This document shows, one piece after another, positions 39,023 through 47,023 of a stretch of DNA of 64,000 nucleotides (within the stretch, counting starts at the first letter, position 1; every line of letters starts with the position of its first letter). The notes under the pieces are model-generated. The model was given only the letters and a program-made list of their open reading frames with translations, did not search any database and had not been told where the DNA came from. This stretch comes from Candidatus Niyogibacteria bacterium CG10_big_fil_rev_8_21_14_0_10_46_36 (GTDB taxonomy: Bacteria > Patescibacteriota > Minisyncoccia > 1-14-0-10-42-19). Location: NCBI GenBank assembly GCA_002772995.1, contig PFCO01000001.1, positions 244-64,243 of the forward strand, given 5' to 3'. The position numbers and the translations under genes were made by a program.

Positions 39023-39889
39023 TTACACGCCGATAAGGCTATTCCAGTCTTGAGAGAACCGTTCTATGCCCTTATCTGTTAATTCGTGGTGTATTTTATA
39101 TGTCGCCCAGGGCTTGTCTAAGGGGATGGTATCGTACGGAATATCCAGCAAATCGTCCCGCTTGTATGAGTACTCCGGCCCCGGTATAGGCATGCCCTTC
39201 CCCGCCCATTCTTCAAGCACGCCGAAAGGAGCTGAAACGATATCAGACCCAAGCGCCATTGCCTGCATTAAGTGGTCAAGCGAACGTACGCTCGCGGTGA
39301 GCACTTCCACATGCCCATCGCCTTTTTTATACATCTGAATAATGTTTCTTATTAAATCCATTCCGTTTTCGCCGCGGTCATCAAGTCTGCCCACAAACGG
39401 AGAAACATATACATCGCCCCGCTTCGCTACCCGTGTCGCCGCATACACCGCCGCTGCCTGCTCCTGCGCAAATACCAATGTCATATTGACGCGCATCCCC
39501 TCTCCGACCGACATGTCTGCGGCAAGCAGCCCCTCTTTTGTTGTCGGGTACTTAATATGTGCGTTCGGAATCCATAACGCCATCCCCCGTCCATGTAAGA
39601 ACATTTCTTCGGCGCTTGTGCGCTCATCTGCGTATACCTCAACAGATACGGATCCATGCGGGATGAGAGATGATATCTCCCCCACTACCGTTTTATAAAA
39701 TTTGAAAATCTCATCATTTGAGAATTTTTCACCCCGTTGCAGCCGTTCTTGTACGGCGGGGTTGCGCGCAACAAGTGTGGGATTCGTTGTCTGCCCGTCT
39801 AAAAATCCGAGCATCTCCTGCGCCTTCCTTGTCTCGGTCGGATCCCCGCTATCTAAAAATATTCTTGTTTTACGTACGTTATGCTTCAT
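39023..39889 (-). CDS. tal: Transaldolase / fructose-6-phosphate aldolase family
   Basis: FLDSGD and GQTTNPTL signature, Schiff-base Lys region. Confidence 0.8.
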   Translation of the reverse strand: MKHNVRKTRIFLDSGDPTETRKAQEMLGFLDGQTTNPTLVARNPAVQERLQRGEKFSNDEIFKFYKTVVGEISSLIPHGSVSVEVYADERTSAEEMFLHGRGMALWIPNAHIKYPTTKEGLLAADMSVGEGMRVNMTLVFAQEQAAAVYAATRVAKRGDVYVSPFVGRLDDRGENGMDLIRNIIQMYKKGDGHVEVLTASVRSLDHLMQAMALGSDIVSAPFGVLEEWAGKGMPIPGPEYSYKRDDLLDIPYDTIPLDKPWATYKIHHELTDKGIERFSQDWNSLIGV

Positions 39890-39926
39890 GCTGCCTCCTA
39901 TGTATGTTATGTGATAAGAACAATAC

Positions 39927-40448
39927 CTACTCATTATCTATTATTTTTTGCGTTTGTTCACGGATTTCATCCACAGTCATGTGCCCGCGTTTATGAAAGA
40001 CAACGGTGCCGGCTCTGTCCACAAAGATAGTTTCGGGCATAGTAAACCCCCCGATTGCTTTATAAAATGAATCAGGCGTGTCAATAAGAAAAATGAGGCC
40101 ATCCGTTACGCCTAATTCATCGGTATAGTGCTTTGCGGTTTCTATTGATTCTTGCCGGTTGATTGCAATAAAACGGACCTGTCCGAATTCTTTTTGCACT
40201 TCCACAAAGGCCGGCAATTCTTCTTTGCAAAAAGAACACCACGATGCCCACGAATTAATGACCATAGGCTGATTTTGGAATACGGAAAGATCTGCTTTGT
40301 AGCTCCCATAATCAATAAGCAATAGGTCGCCGGCTATCTCAGACAGATGCATTTCGGGGGACTGCTGCTCTGCAGATCGGTCGCTGAACAAATATACCGC
40401 AACCGCTATATCAAAAATGATAACCGCAACAAGTACTGCCCATCTCAT
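39927..40448 (-). CDS. Membrane-anchored thiol-disulfide oxidoreductase (TlpA/ResA-like thioredoxin fold)
   Basis: N-terminal TM then WASWCSFCKEELP CxxC active site. Confidence 0.7.
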   Translation of the reverse strand: MRWAVLVAVIIFDIAVAVYLFSDRSAEQQSPEMHLSEIAGDLLLIDYGSYKADLSVFQNQPMVINSWASWCSFCKEELPAFVEVQKEFGQVRFIAINRQESIETAKHYTDELGVTDGLIFLIDTPDSFYKAIGGFTMPETIFVDRAGTVVFHKRGHMTVDEIREQTQKIIDNE

Positions 40449-40450
40449 AA

Positions 40451-40729
40451 TTATCCGGAGCGTTGAGGGCGTTTTTCTCCTTTCGCCCATGCACACAAAT
40501 CCTCATATGAAGTCGACCCGCAGATAAATTCCTTTGTTTCAGTATTAAAGAAAAACGGCACTCCCCCGCAAAGGCCAGTATCATATTCATCCATTTTTAT
40601 TGAATTATCGTCATCGTGCCACACCTCAAATTGCTCCACCGTTATCCCTTCTTCCTGTTTGAGGCGTTCTACCAGCGGCGCCATACGCACGCAATGCGGG
40701 CATTCGTTCCCATAAAATTCTAAAAGCAT
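40451..40729 (-). CDS. Small thioredoxin/glutaredoxin-like protein
   Basis: 92 aa, CPHC active site near N-terminus (FYGNECPHCVRM). Confidence 0.7.
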   Translation of the reverse strand: MLLEFYGNECPHCVRMAPLVERLKQEEGITVEQFEVWHDDDNSIKMDEYDTGLCGGVPFFFNTETKEFICGSTSYEDLCAWAKGEKRPQRSG

Positions 40730-40792
40730 ATATATAGTATATAAGAATACGGCCGTATGTTAAATAAAAACCCCGCATTGCGAGGTTTGTTG

Positions 40793-41167
40793 CTATGGAA
40801 GCAATATCTCATCTTGCGGGTCTATCTGATCTGCAAGAAAATCGTATTCATACTCATGTTCTGGGTTTTTCGATTTTTCTTCTTGTGCCGCCACCACAAC
40901 TTCGCCCGCGCCCAAGCCATTCACCCGTTCGGTTATCTGGCCGAGCCGTTCCCACATAGCAGCGTAATCCTTGTTCCTACTTTTCACCATCTGCGCTAAG
41001 CGTTCTTCTATTTTTTTGTTTCCGGTATCGATTTTTTCTTCAATTCTTTGAAGAATTTCTGCGCATGCAATCAAGGCAAACACCCCTGCCTCTGACACAC
41101 ATGACGGCCCTGCTTCAAGCTTCTTTTTCGCTAAAGACAGACTGTCTTTCTCTGCTTCGTTGTCCAT
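40793..41167 (-). CDS. Hypothetical protein (124 aa), acidic C-terminus
   Basis: ORF only; sits inside redox cluster. Confidence 0.3.
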   Translation of the reverse strand: MDNEAEKDSLSLAKKKLEAGPSCVSEAGVFALIACAEILQRIEEKIDTGNKKIEERLAQMVKSRNKDYAAMWERLGQITERVNGLGAGEVVVAAQEEKSKNPEHEYEYDFLADQIDPQDEILLP

Positions 41168-41193
41168 GTACTGCCCCCGTATATCTCAAAGTT

Positions 41194-41610
41194 CTATTTC
41201 TTATTCTCTTCTTTTTTTAAGTCTAATGCAACTGAATTGATACAGTAGCGTTTTCCAGTGCATGTTTTGCCTTTGGGGGTTTTTACAGGACCATCATCAA
41301 ATAGATGCCCCAGGTGCGAGCCGCATGTTTTGCAAACAACTTCGGTGCGTTCCATTCCGTGGCTTGTGTCGCGTTTTAATTCCACCGCATCGCTTGATGC
41401 TACATCATAAAAACTAGGCCACCCAGTGCCCGATTCAAACTTTGCATCTGAAGAAAAAAGAGGGGCTCCGCATGCTTTGCACAAATACATCCCCTCGCTT
41501 TTTTCGTGCACAAACTTGCCCGTAAACGGCACTTCTGTGCCCCTTTTTCGTAGCACCTCGTATTCTTCGGGCGTTAATTCCTTTTTCCATTCTTCTTCGG
41601 TCTTTTTCAT
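41194..41610 (-). CDS. msrB: Peptide methionine sulfoxide reductase MsrB
   Basis: Two CxxC zinc motifs, [22 protein letters not shown] catalytic Cys region. Confidence 0.9.
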   Translation of the reverse strand: MKKTEEEWKKELTPEEYEVLRKRGTEVPFTGKFVHEKSEGMYLCKACGAPLFSSDAKFESGTGWPSFYDVASSDAVELKRDTSHGMERTEVVCKTCGSHLGHLFDDGPVKTPKGKTCTGKRYCINSVALDLKKEENKK

Positions 41611-41620
41611 ATACATAAGG

Positions 41621-42226
41621 CTATCTAATACCCGTATCTATATCAATATTTAATTCTACTGTTTTGTTCGCCTGTACAAAAACTTCTTTTGGAAAAACGG
41701 CACCACACCCGAGATAGCTGCACCCAAGAAGAGAGACCGAGTAATTGCTCTCGGGGAGGTCTATAGAATATGAACCATCGGGAGAAAGTGGCGCATAAAA
41801 TGGCTCATCAACCGGACGCCCGCCGCCCGAGGGCGCAAAAACAAGCGTTTGCGCAGAGTATACATCCGGCGGATTTTTACACGGTTCTACCGGACACAAT
41901 GGGCCAATAGACACTTTGCCATACACCGTTCCTGATGTTTTGAACAACCCCTCTTGCTCCTTTCTTTCGGGACAAGGCGCAAATTCACAATTAGGGCCGG
42001 TACGTCCGACATACGACCCATCAGGACAAAGCATTGCGTCTTGTGTACAGAAAACAATATCATCTTCTCCGCTACCCCCCTTCCATATTGAGTAGCCGGC
42101 AAACGCGAGCCCTGCAACCAGCAATACCCCCGCCACTATAAAAAGGAGTCTCCGTGTGAGTGGAGAAGTATTACGCGCCCACATTGGAGGCGGATATGTT
42201 TTTTTCTGCAACTGCTGCTCTTCCAT
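41621..42226 (-). CDS. Cys-rich membrane-anchored/secreted hypothetical protein
   Basis: N-terminal TM, 10 Cys in repeated CP-xx-C patterns. Confidence 0.35.
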   Translation of the reverse strand: MEEQQLQKKTYPPPMWARNTSPLTRRLLFIVAGVLLVAGLAFAGYSIWKGGSGEDDIVFCTQDAMLCPDGSYVGRTGPNCEFAPCPERKEQEGLFKTSGTVYGKVSIGPLCPVEPCKNPPDVYSAQTLVFAPSGGGRPVDEPFYAPLSPDGSYSIDLPESNYSVSLLGCSYLGCGAVFPKEVFVQANKTVELNIDIDTGIR

Positions 42227-42420
42227 TATACTTTTTTTCCGACTTTCTTTATGCTCTTGAATGCTTTCCAGCGACGGCTGTATTGGTCAATAAATTCGTG
42301 GGTTTCGGTATCAATCTTTGTCCAGCGCTTATTGCGCGGATTAAACACCTGAATGCGCCCACGGATCAAACCTTTACGATGATGGTGTTTTGAGGAGTTC
42401 GTTGCCATGGAATATGACAA
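42226..42420 (-). CDS. Possible 50S ribosomal protein bL28-like
   Basis: 64 aa, basic; resemblance to bL28 core (NSSKHHHRKG / NPRNKRW vs GNNVSHSHRKTRR / PNLQTKRIW) by eye only, lacks N-terminal Cys pair. Confidence 0.35.
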   Translation of the reverse strand: MSYSMATNSSKHHHRKGLIRGRIQVFNPRNKRWTKIDTETHEFIDQYSRRWKAFKSIKKVGKKV

Positions 42421-42482
42421 TAGATGAATAATAACTTTTATTATAACAAAAGCCCCGTGTATTTCACACAGAGCAGGAATTA

Positions 42483-43004
42483 TTACCGTTCAAATTTTCC
42501 GGTCACCCAGTCAAATTCTGCTTGCCAATCGCGACTGGGACAACTCCAGCCGGGGCTATCCGGATGTGCCCCCGCACTCGTCTCCATGTCGCGCACCCCT
42601 AACACAAAATACGCTCCGCGGCCCGCATCACATCCATAGGAGCCTGCGTTATAACGGAAATACGCATATCCTCCGCAATTGGAAGTTCCTACCGGATCTC
42701 CCGGAGTATCCACAATTGCGCCCGCGGTCTCAAGCGGAGTTACAAATGCGTCTCCGCTCCCCTGACCTCCATTAAACCCGGCGTCCCACCCGCCGCAATC
42801 GTTGTCCGTATTCCCGGGATATGCGGCATTATCACCATAATAGAGCTCCAGTGCTATTTGTATCTGCTTCATATCAGAAAGCCGGCGTGCATCTCTGCCT
42901 CTCGCGCGCGCACTCGCAACGCTCGCCAAAACAACGCTTGCGAGTATCCCGATAATCGCTATCACAACTAACAATTCTACTAATGTAAATCCTCTTTTAT
43001 CCAT
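42483..43004 (-). CDS. Type IV pilin / pseudopilin (prepilin N-terminal methylation domain)
   Basis: KRGFTLVELLVVIAIIGILASV class III signal peptide with cleavage G-F and E5. Confidence 0.75.
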   Translation of the reverse strand: MDKRGFTLVELLVVIAIIGILASVVLASVASARARGRDARRLSDMKQIQIALELYYGDNAAYPGNTDNDCGGWDAGFNGGQGSGDAFVTPLETAGAIVDTPGDPVGTSNCGGYAYFRYNAGSYGCDAGRGAYFVLGVRDMETSAGAHPDSPGWSCPSRDWQAEFDWVTGKFER

Positions 43005-43007
43005 AGG

Positions 43008-43340
43008 TTAAAAATTTGCAGGTGCTATAACTTCGGCAGGAGGTGCCTCCGCTCCGGGAGTAAAGAGTTCCTGCTTCTGCCTCCCACTAAAAACAACAAA
43101 AAATGAAATTGCCAACGCAATGACAGCAAACCCTATCATAGCGTAATTCGCCTGCATTTCGTTCTTTATCAGTCCCCCAGAATACTGTAGAAGCCACCCC
43201 GCCGCTCCTTTGGGTTTAGTATAAAAAAGCTGGTCGGGACCCTTCTTTGTGGTATCTGTACTGCCTCCGCTTACGGGCGGTACACCGCTCAAATCAGCGG
43301 GGTTTTCATTATTTTGGCCCGATTCGTTGATGAATGTCAT
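43008..43340 (-). CDS. Hypothetical protein with C-terminal TM helix
   Basis: ORF with hydrophobic segment MIGFAVIALAISFFVVF; no motif. Confidence 0.3.
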   Translation of the reverse strand: MTFINESGQNNENPADLSGVPPVSGGSTDTTKKGPDQLFYTKPKGAAGWLLQYSGGLIKNEMQANYAMIGFAVIALAISFFVVFSGRQKQELFTPGAEAPPAEVIAPANF

Positions 43341-43441
43341 GGTACTATTATACCAAATCATTCATAGCTTTCTGCATTATATTCGTAAGAAAATGGGGAT
43401 AAAAAACCCGCGCGACACATTCATCACGCGGGTTTTTTTAT

Positions 43442-43774
43442 TCATCTTCCGAGAAATTCTTTTAAGTACTCTACAACTCTTTCCGCCTCGTCATCCACCG
43501 CCAGATGCCAAGTAACAACACCATTAAAAGGCTTTGTAAGCGACCTGGTTATGGAACGCAATGAAAATACAAGGCTCTTATGCTGCTCATCTCCTGAACT
43601 CCCCACCACCCGGATAAACTCCAGAGCTGCATTACTCACCGAATCGCACCACATTCTTGTCGTGGGGTACGGTTCTTCTAAAAGGCGCAACAAGCATTCC
43701 GCATACGCTTTAGCCGAGTCTGTTTGTTCTGCGTATTCTCCCTGGAAGCTTGCACTTTCAACCTGTGATTCCAT
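43442..43774 (-). CDS. Hypothetical protein (110 aa)
   Basis: ORF bounded by hairpin terminator at 43400-43441. Confidence 0.3.
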   Translation of the reverse strand: MESQVESASFQGEYAEQTDSAKAYAECLLRLLEEPYPTTRMWCDSVSNAALEFIRVVGSSGDEQHKSLVFSLRSITRSLTKPFNGVVTWHLAVDDEAERVVEYLKEFLGR

Positions 43775-43817
43775 GATTATTCTCCTTGTATCCTTTATGG
43801 CTTGCGGCGACGCTTTA

Positions 43818-44309
43818 TTATTCGTAGATTGGGAAATCTATGGATACTTCGTGGTGGCATGGACCTTCTTTTTTGCAAAACGATATTGATACATGCACCA
43901 TGACTATCTCCGTGTCTGAAGAAACGAGCTCCTCACTTGGATAATAATAAAGCCGTTCTCCGCGCCCGCCTACATAAAACGAATCTTCGCCGGTACGAAG
44001 AGCGGAATACCACCCCCCTCTCTCATACCATGTCATTGCCAATACTTCATCGCTCCTTGGGTCCTTCAGATACTCCCCCTCATTACATTCATATTTGTAA
44101 ATGACACCGGGGCGTTCAACCAGAAACGGAACTCGCTGACATTCAGTAAACGAATCGGGGTGCGGAACCGCATACCTTCGTTGTATAAGGTCCGGATCCG
44201 AAACGCTCCCCAAAGAACTCTTTGGCGAGCGGGAAGAATGAATCATTGCAAAGCCTACCACCAGCAAAACTACCACTACCAATCCTTTTGTCAGGCCTTT
44301 CATAAGCAC
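43818..44309 (-). CDS. Hypothetical secreted protein (163 aa)
   Basis: N-terminal signal/TM (LVVVVLLVVGFAMI), Cys-containing. Confidence 0.35.
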   Translation of the reverse strand: MLMKGLTKGLVVVVLLVVGFAMIHSSRSPKSSLGSVSDPDLIQRRYAVPHPDSFTECQRVPFLVERPGVIYKYECNEGEYLKDPRSDEVLAMTWYERGGWYSALRTGEDSFYVGGRGERLYYYPSEELVSSDTEIVMVHVSISFCKKEGPCHHEVSIDFPIYE

Positions 44310-44429
44310 TTATTCCTCCTTTATTAAGGTACTTTGATAGCGCAAATACTACCATATTTTTAAAGAAAAGTCAAGAAATCATAAAAGCACCCAAGGGGGT
44401 GCTTTTGTTTCTATGCAGTAGGTTATATC

Positions 44430-45182
44430 TTACAGTGCTTCTCCGCGCGCGTCGGCATATGCGCAATAGTCGCATACCGGTTTTGAATCAGGAGTTTCGT
44501 CTGCAATAAGGCACTGGTGCAATTCTTGTATGGTCGGCTCTACCCAGCTGTCATTCCCTTTGTGCGCGATAAGAGTTATATCAAATTCTATCTTGCCGTC
44601 AAACGCTTCTTTATCAGTACGGCCGTTACAATACACAAAGTACCCGGTATCCGATACGGGATGCCCATTTTTGCGCAATAGCCACTGATATACTTCCATC
44701 TGCCGTTTGTAGCCATCTTGCCATGGTTTGTTGAGTTCGGTTATCTCTTCATCCTTGCTGGTCGCTTTATAATCCACCACAATATACTCCCCCTTTGAAT
44801 TCTGCCACAGATCATCTATAGCGCCGGTGATAATAAGATTCGTCGGCTCATGATAGAACTGGATGCCTTTAAAATTCTCGCGCCATTCATCTAACTGCTC
44901 ATGCGCAACGGGAATTGCGTCAACGCCGTATTTTTCTATAAGCGGATGCTTGGTATTTTTTGTACGATGAATATCAAATTCCTTTTTGAGCAAAAAGTCT
45001 ACCGCGCTGTTTATCGCAAATGGAAACCCCGGCGGCCGCCCTACCCCGAGCCTGCGATCCAGATAAAAACAGCGCGGACATTCAAAAAAGAGGTCAATCT
45101 TTGACCGGCTTATCTTGAACGGTTTTTTATCTTCCGGATTGTAGAGATTCCGCGTTCGTTTTGCGTTGTAGTATTCCGACAT
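44430..45182 (-). CDS. PD-(D/E)XK nuclease, Cas4-like with CxxC...CxxC four-Cys signature
   Basis: ECPRCFYL N-terminal, core ITGAIDDLW...EYIVVDYKATSK...EVYQWLL, C-terminal CDYCAY; 6 bp downstream of GIY-YIG gene (operon). Confidence 0.7.
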   Translation of the reverse strand: MSEYYNAKRTRNLYNPEDKKPFKISRSKIDLFFECPRCFYLDRRLGVGRPPGFPFAINSAVDFLLKKEFDIHRTKNTKHPLIEKYGVDAIPVAHEQLDEWRENFKGIQFYHEPTNLIITGAIDDLWQNSKGEYIVVDYKATSKDEEITELNKPWQDGYKRQMEVYQWLLRKNGHPVSDTGYFVYCNGRTDKEAFDGKIEFDITLIAHKGNDSWVEPTIQELHQCLIADETPDSKPVCDYCAYADARGEAL

Positions 45183-45188
45183 GTCTGT

Positions 45189-45449
45189 CTATTGTATCAC
45201 CTTTCTCTGCTTTCTTATAATATTCAGTTTCCCGTCCCGGGATAGAGCCTTCATACCCGCCTCCGCGCGTGATGCCGTGGCGCGCGTGCGGAATTTTTTG
45301 GAGTACACAAGCCGCACCGGACGCCTCCCCTGCGTATACTTTGCACCCATGTGGGAAGAATTGTGCTCCTTAAGCCTGCGGACGAGGTCGGTAGTAATGC
45401 CGGTATAAAGCGTTCCGTCCGAACACCGGAGGATATAGAGATAATACAT
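45189..45449 (-). CDS. GIY-YIG nuclease domain protein (UPF0213/YhbQ-like)
   Basis: YYLYILRCSDGTLYTGITTDLVRRLKEHN GIY-YIG motif, 86 aa. Confidence 0.8.
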   Translation of the reverse strand: MYYLYILRCSDGTLYTGITTDLVRRLKEHNSSHMGAKYTQGRRPVRLVYSKKFRTRATASRAEAGMKALSRDGKLNIIRKQRKVIQ

Positions 45450-45476
45450 ACAAAAATAAACGGCTCATACGGGGTG
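45448..45476 (-). terminator. Hairpin terminator (copy 2 of the 30-bp repeat seen at 1101-1136, inverted loop)
   Basis: aaacggctcatac-gggg-tgtgagccgttt with T-run on minus strand. Confidence 0.45.
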
Positions 45477-45495
45477 TGAGCCGTTTATTATAAAT

Positions 45496-45834
45496 CTATT
45501 TAAAGGTGTAAATAACCGAACGTCCTTCTGTCCCTTGCTGCCGTATTTTTTCTTCCTCCTCCAGACTTTGAAGATACCGGGTTGCAGTTGCATCAGACAC
45601 GCCTAAGAGCACCTCTACATCATTGTTAGTTATCTGTTTTTTATCTTTCAAAAGCAGAATTATTTTTGCTTTTGCTGACTCCAGCTCCTCGCGCTTCTTT
45701 TGGTTTATCGGAGAAAAACCATTGTGAGCGCCTATTGTTTTCTTTTCGTGGACGCTCCCCAAAACCATAACGAGCACACCAAATGTAACGATGCCTATAA
45801 TGTACAACAAGAAATAAATATATGTTGTGTCCAT
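45496..45834 (-). CDS. Membrane-anchored protein with C-terminal winged-helix DNA-binding domain
   Basis: N-terminal TM, C-terminus ITNNDVEVLLGVSDATATRYLQSLEEEEKIRQQGTEGRSVIYTF resembles HTH of Fic/DeoR-type regulators. Confidence 0.4.
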   Translation of the reverse strand: MDTTYIYFLLYIIGIVTFGVLVMVLGSVHEKKTIGAHNGFSPINQKKREELESAKAKIILLLKDKKQITNNDVEVLLGVSDATATRYLQSLEEEEKIRQQGTEGRSVIYTFK

Positions 45835-45864
45835 GTATTTAGTATAGCAAAAATTTATACAACA

Positions 45865-46302
45865 CTAAGCCTCAAACTTACTCCAGTCTACAGCATTGTT
45901 CCGAAAGTCTTCAATTGAGTATCCGGCCGTGTATTGAAAATGCGGGGGGTCCACGAATGTGGTCCAGGCGCCGCCCCATTCAAGCCCCAAAGCCATGCCC
46001 ATCTCTCCTGCTTTGCGGTAAAATGCTTCGCGTTTATGTTCGTTTTCGGCATCAAGTACCGGCCGGATATCGAACGCAACGCCAAAATTATGGAACGAAA
46101 AACCGCCCCGGGCATTCGTAATTATCTTACCCGGCTTTGTCCTGCCTTGAGCATAATATTTATCTTGCTGTTCCGTGCTCCGAAAACCGCGCGATACCAT
46201 AATAGAAAATCCCTGCTTGTTGCATTCTTCTATCAACCGCACGGCTAATGCCCGCACTTTTGGTTTGAGTAATGAGATATCAGCTTCTGTGTCGTTGTTC
46301 AT
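45865..46302 (-). CDS. Peptidase M15 family (D-Ala-D-Ala carboxypeptidase / phage endolysin-like, Peptidase_M15_4-type)
   Basis: SRGFRS...GGFSFHNFGVAFDI and LEWGGAWTTFVDPPHFQ zinc-ligand motifs. Confidence 0.7.
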   Translation of the reverse strand: MNNDTEADISLLKPKVRALAVRLIEECNKQGFSIMVSRGFRSTEQQDKYYAQGRTKPGKIITNARGGFSFHNFGVAFDIRPVLDAENEHKREAFYRKAGEMGMALGLEWGGAWTTFVDPPHFQYTAGYSIEDFRNNAVDWSKFEA

Positions 46303-46304
46303 GA

Positions 46305-46325
46305 AAACGCTCCCACGGGGAATCG
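46305..46325 (-). repeat. 21-bp direct repeat duplicating the 3' end (T-arm 3' half + acceptor 3' strand + 3 flanking nt) of tRNA-Glu; att-like footprint
   Basis: aaacgctcccacggggaatcg identical at 46305-46325 and 46483-46503; an interrupted further match (ggggtt) extends it with a 9-nt insertion. Confidence 0.6.
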
Positions 46326-46485
46326 GTCACACATAACCCCGCTCTTTTCTTCCATAAAAAATAAATTGAATCGCGGGGTTTCCGCGACCCCGCCTCGGCC
46401 GTCGCTTCGCGACATGCCTACGGCTTTCGATCCCCGCCGCAAAGCAATCAATTGCTTTGCTTGTGATCGTTTTCGCTTCGCTCAA

Positions 46486-46558
46486 ACGCTCCCACGGGGA
46501 ATCGAACCCCGGTTTTCAGGATGAGAACCTGATGTCCTAGGCCACTAGACGATGGGAG
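46486..46558 (-). tRNA. tRNA-Glu (anticodon CUC)
   Basis: Manual cloverleaf on minus strand: acceptor GCUCCCA/UGGGAGC, D-arm UCGUCUAGUGG, anticodon loop UUCUCAU, T-loop GGGGUUCGAUUCCCC; no encoded CCA. Confidence 0.8.
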
Positions 46559-46561
46559 CAA

Positions 46562-47020
46562 TTATTCCTCTTCAAATGGGCTTTCGCTTTGTTTAAGGCC
46601 TTTGAAGATTTTATGCAGTTCTTCTATTGATGTCAATGATGTGCGTGCGAGAGAAAAATTCTTATAGCCCTCCTTAAGCGTTTTCCCGTCTACTTCCATC
46701 ACTGTTTCGCGTTCGTAATATTTATATATCTGTATCAAGTTAAAGTGGTACACATCATACACGGATACATGGCGCCCTGCTATCGTGCCCTCAATGCGGT
46801 TAATCTTTAGATCGCGGAAAAAATATAAAAAAAGCACCGCCCAAAAATGCGGGAAAGCGCTTGTAAACGAAAGGCGGAACTCTTGGGCAAGCGTCTGCAT
46901 CTCCCGCATGCGCTTACGCATAAGAAAATAGAACGGGATGTGAGAAACAAATGTTATCACAAAAATTGCGATAACTACTACCGCAGAATAAAAATATACT
47001 GGATGCATACTCTCAAACAT
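46562..47020 (-). CDS. Hypothetical membrane protein (152 aa)
   Basis: Two TM helices at N-terminus; no motif. Confidence 0.3.
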   Translation of the reverse strand: MFESMHPVYFYSAVVVIAIFVITFVSHIPFYFLMRKRMREMQTLAQEFRLSFTSAFPHFWAVLFLYFFRDLKINRIEGTIAGRHVSVYDVYHFNLIQIYKYYERETVMEVDGKTLKEGYKNFSLARTSLTSIEELHKIFKGLKQSESPFEEE

Positions 47021-47023
47021 ATC

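Noticed and set aside
46326-46485. Second tRNA (or tRNA-Sec / long-variable-arm tRNA) between the direct repeats
   Set aside because: I could not build a cloverleaf on either strand: no 7-bp acceptor pairing and no canonical T-loop. The 3' piece matches tRNA-Glu only as a fragment with a 9-nt insertion. Kept as a repeat / structured remnant.
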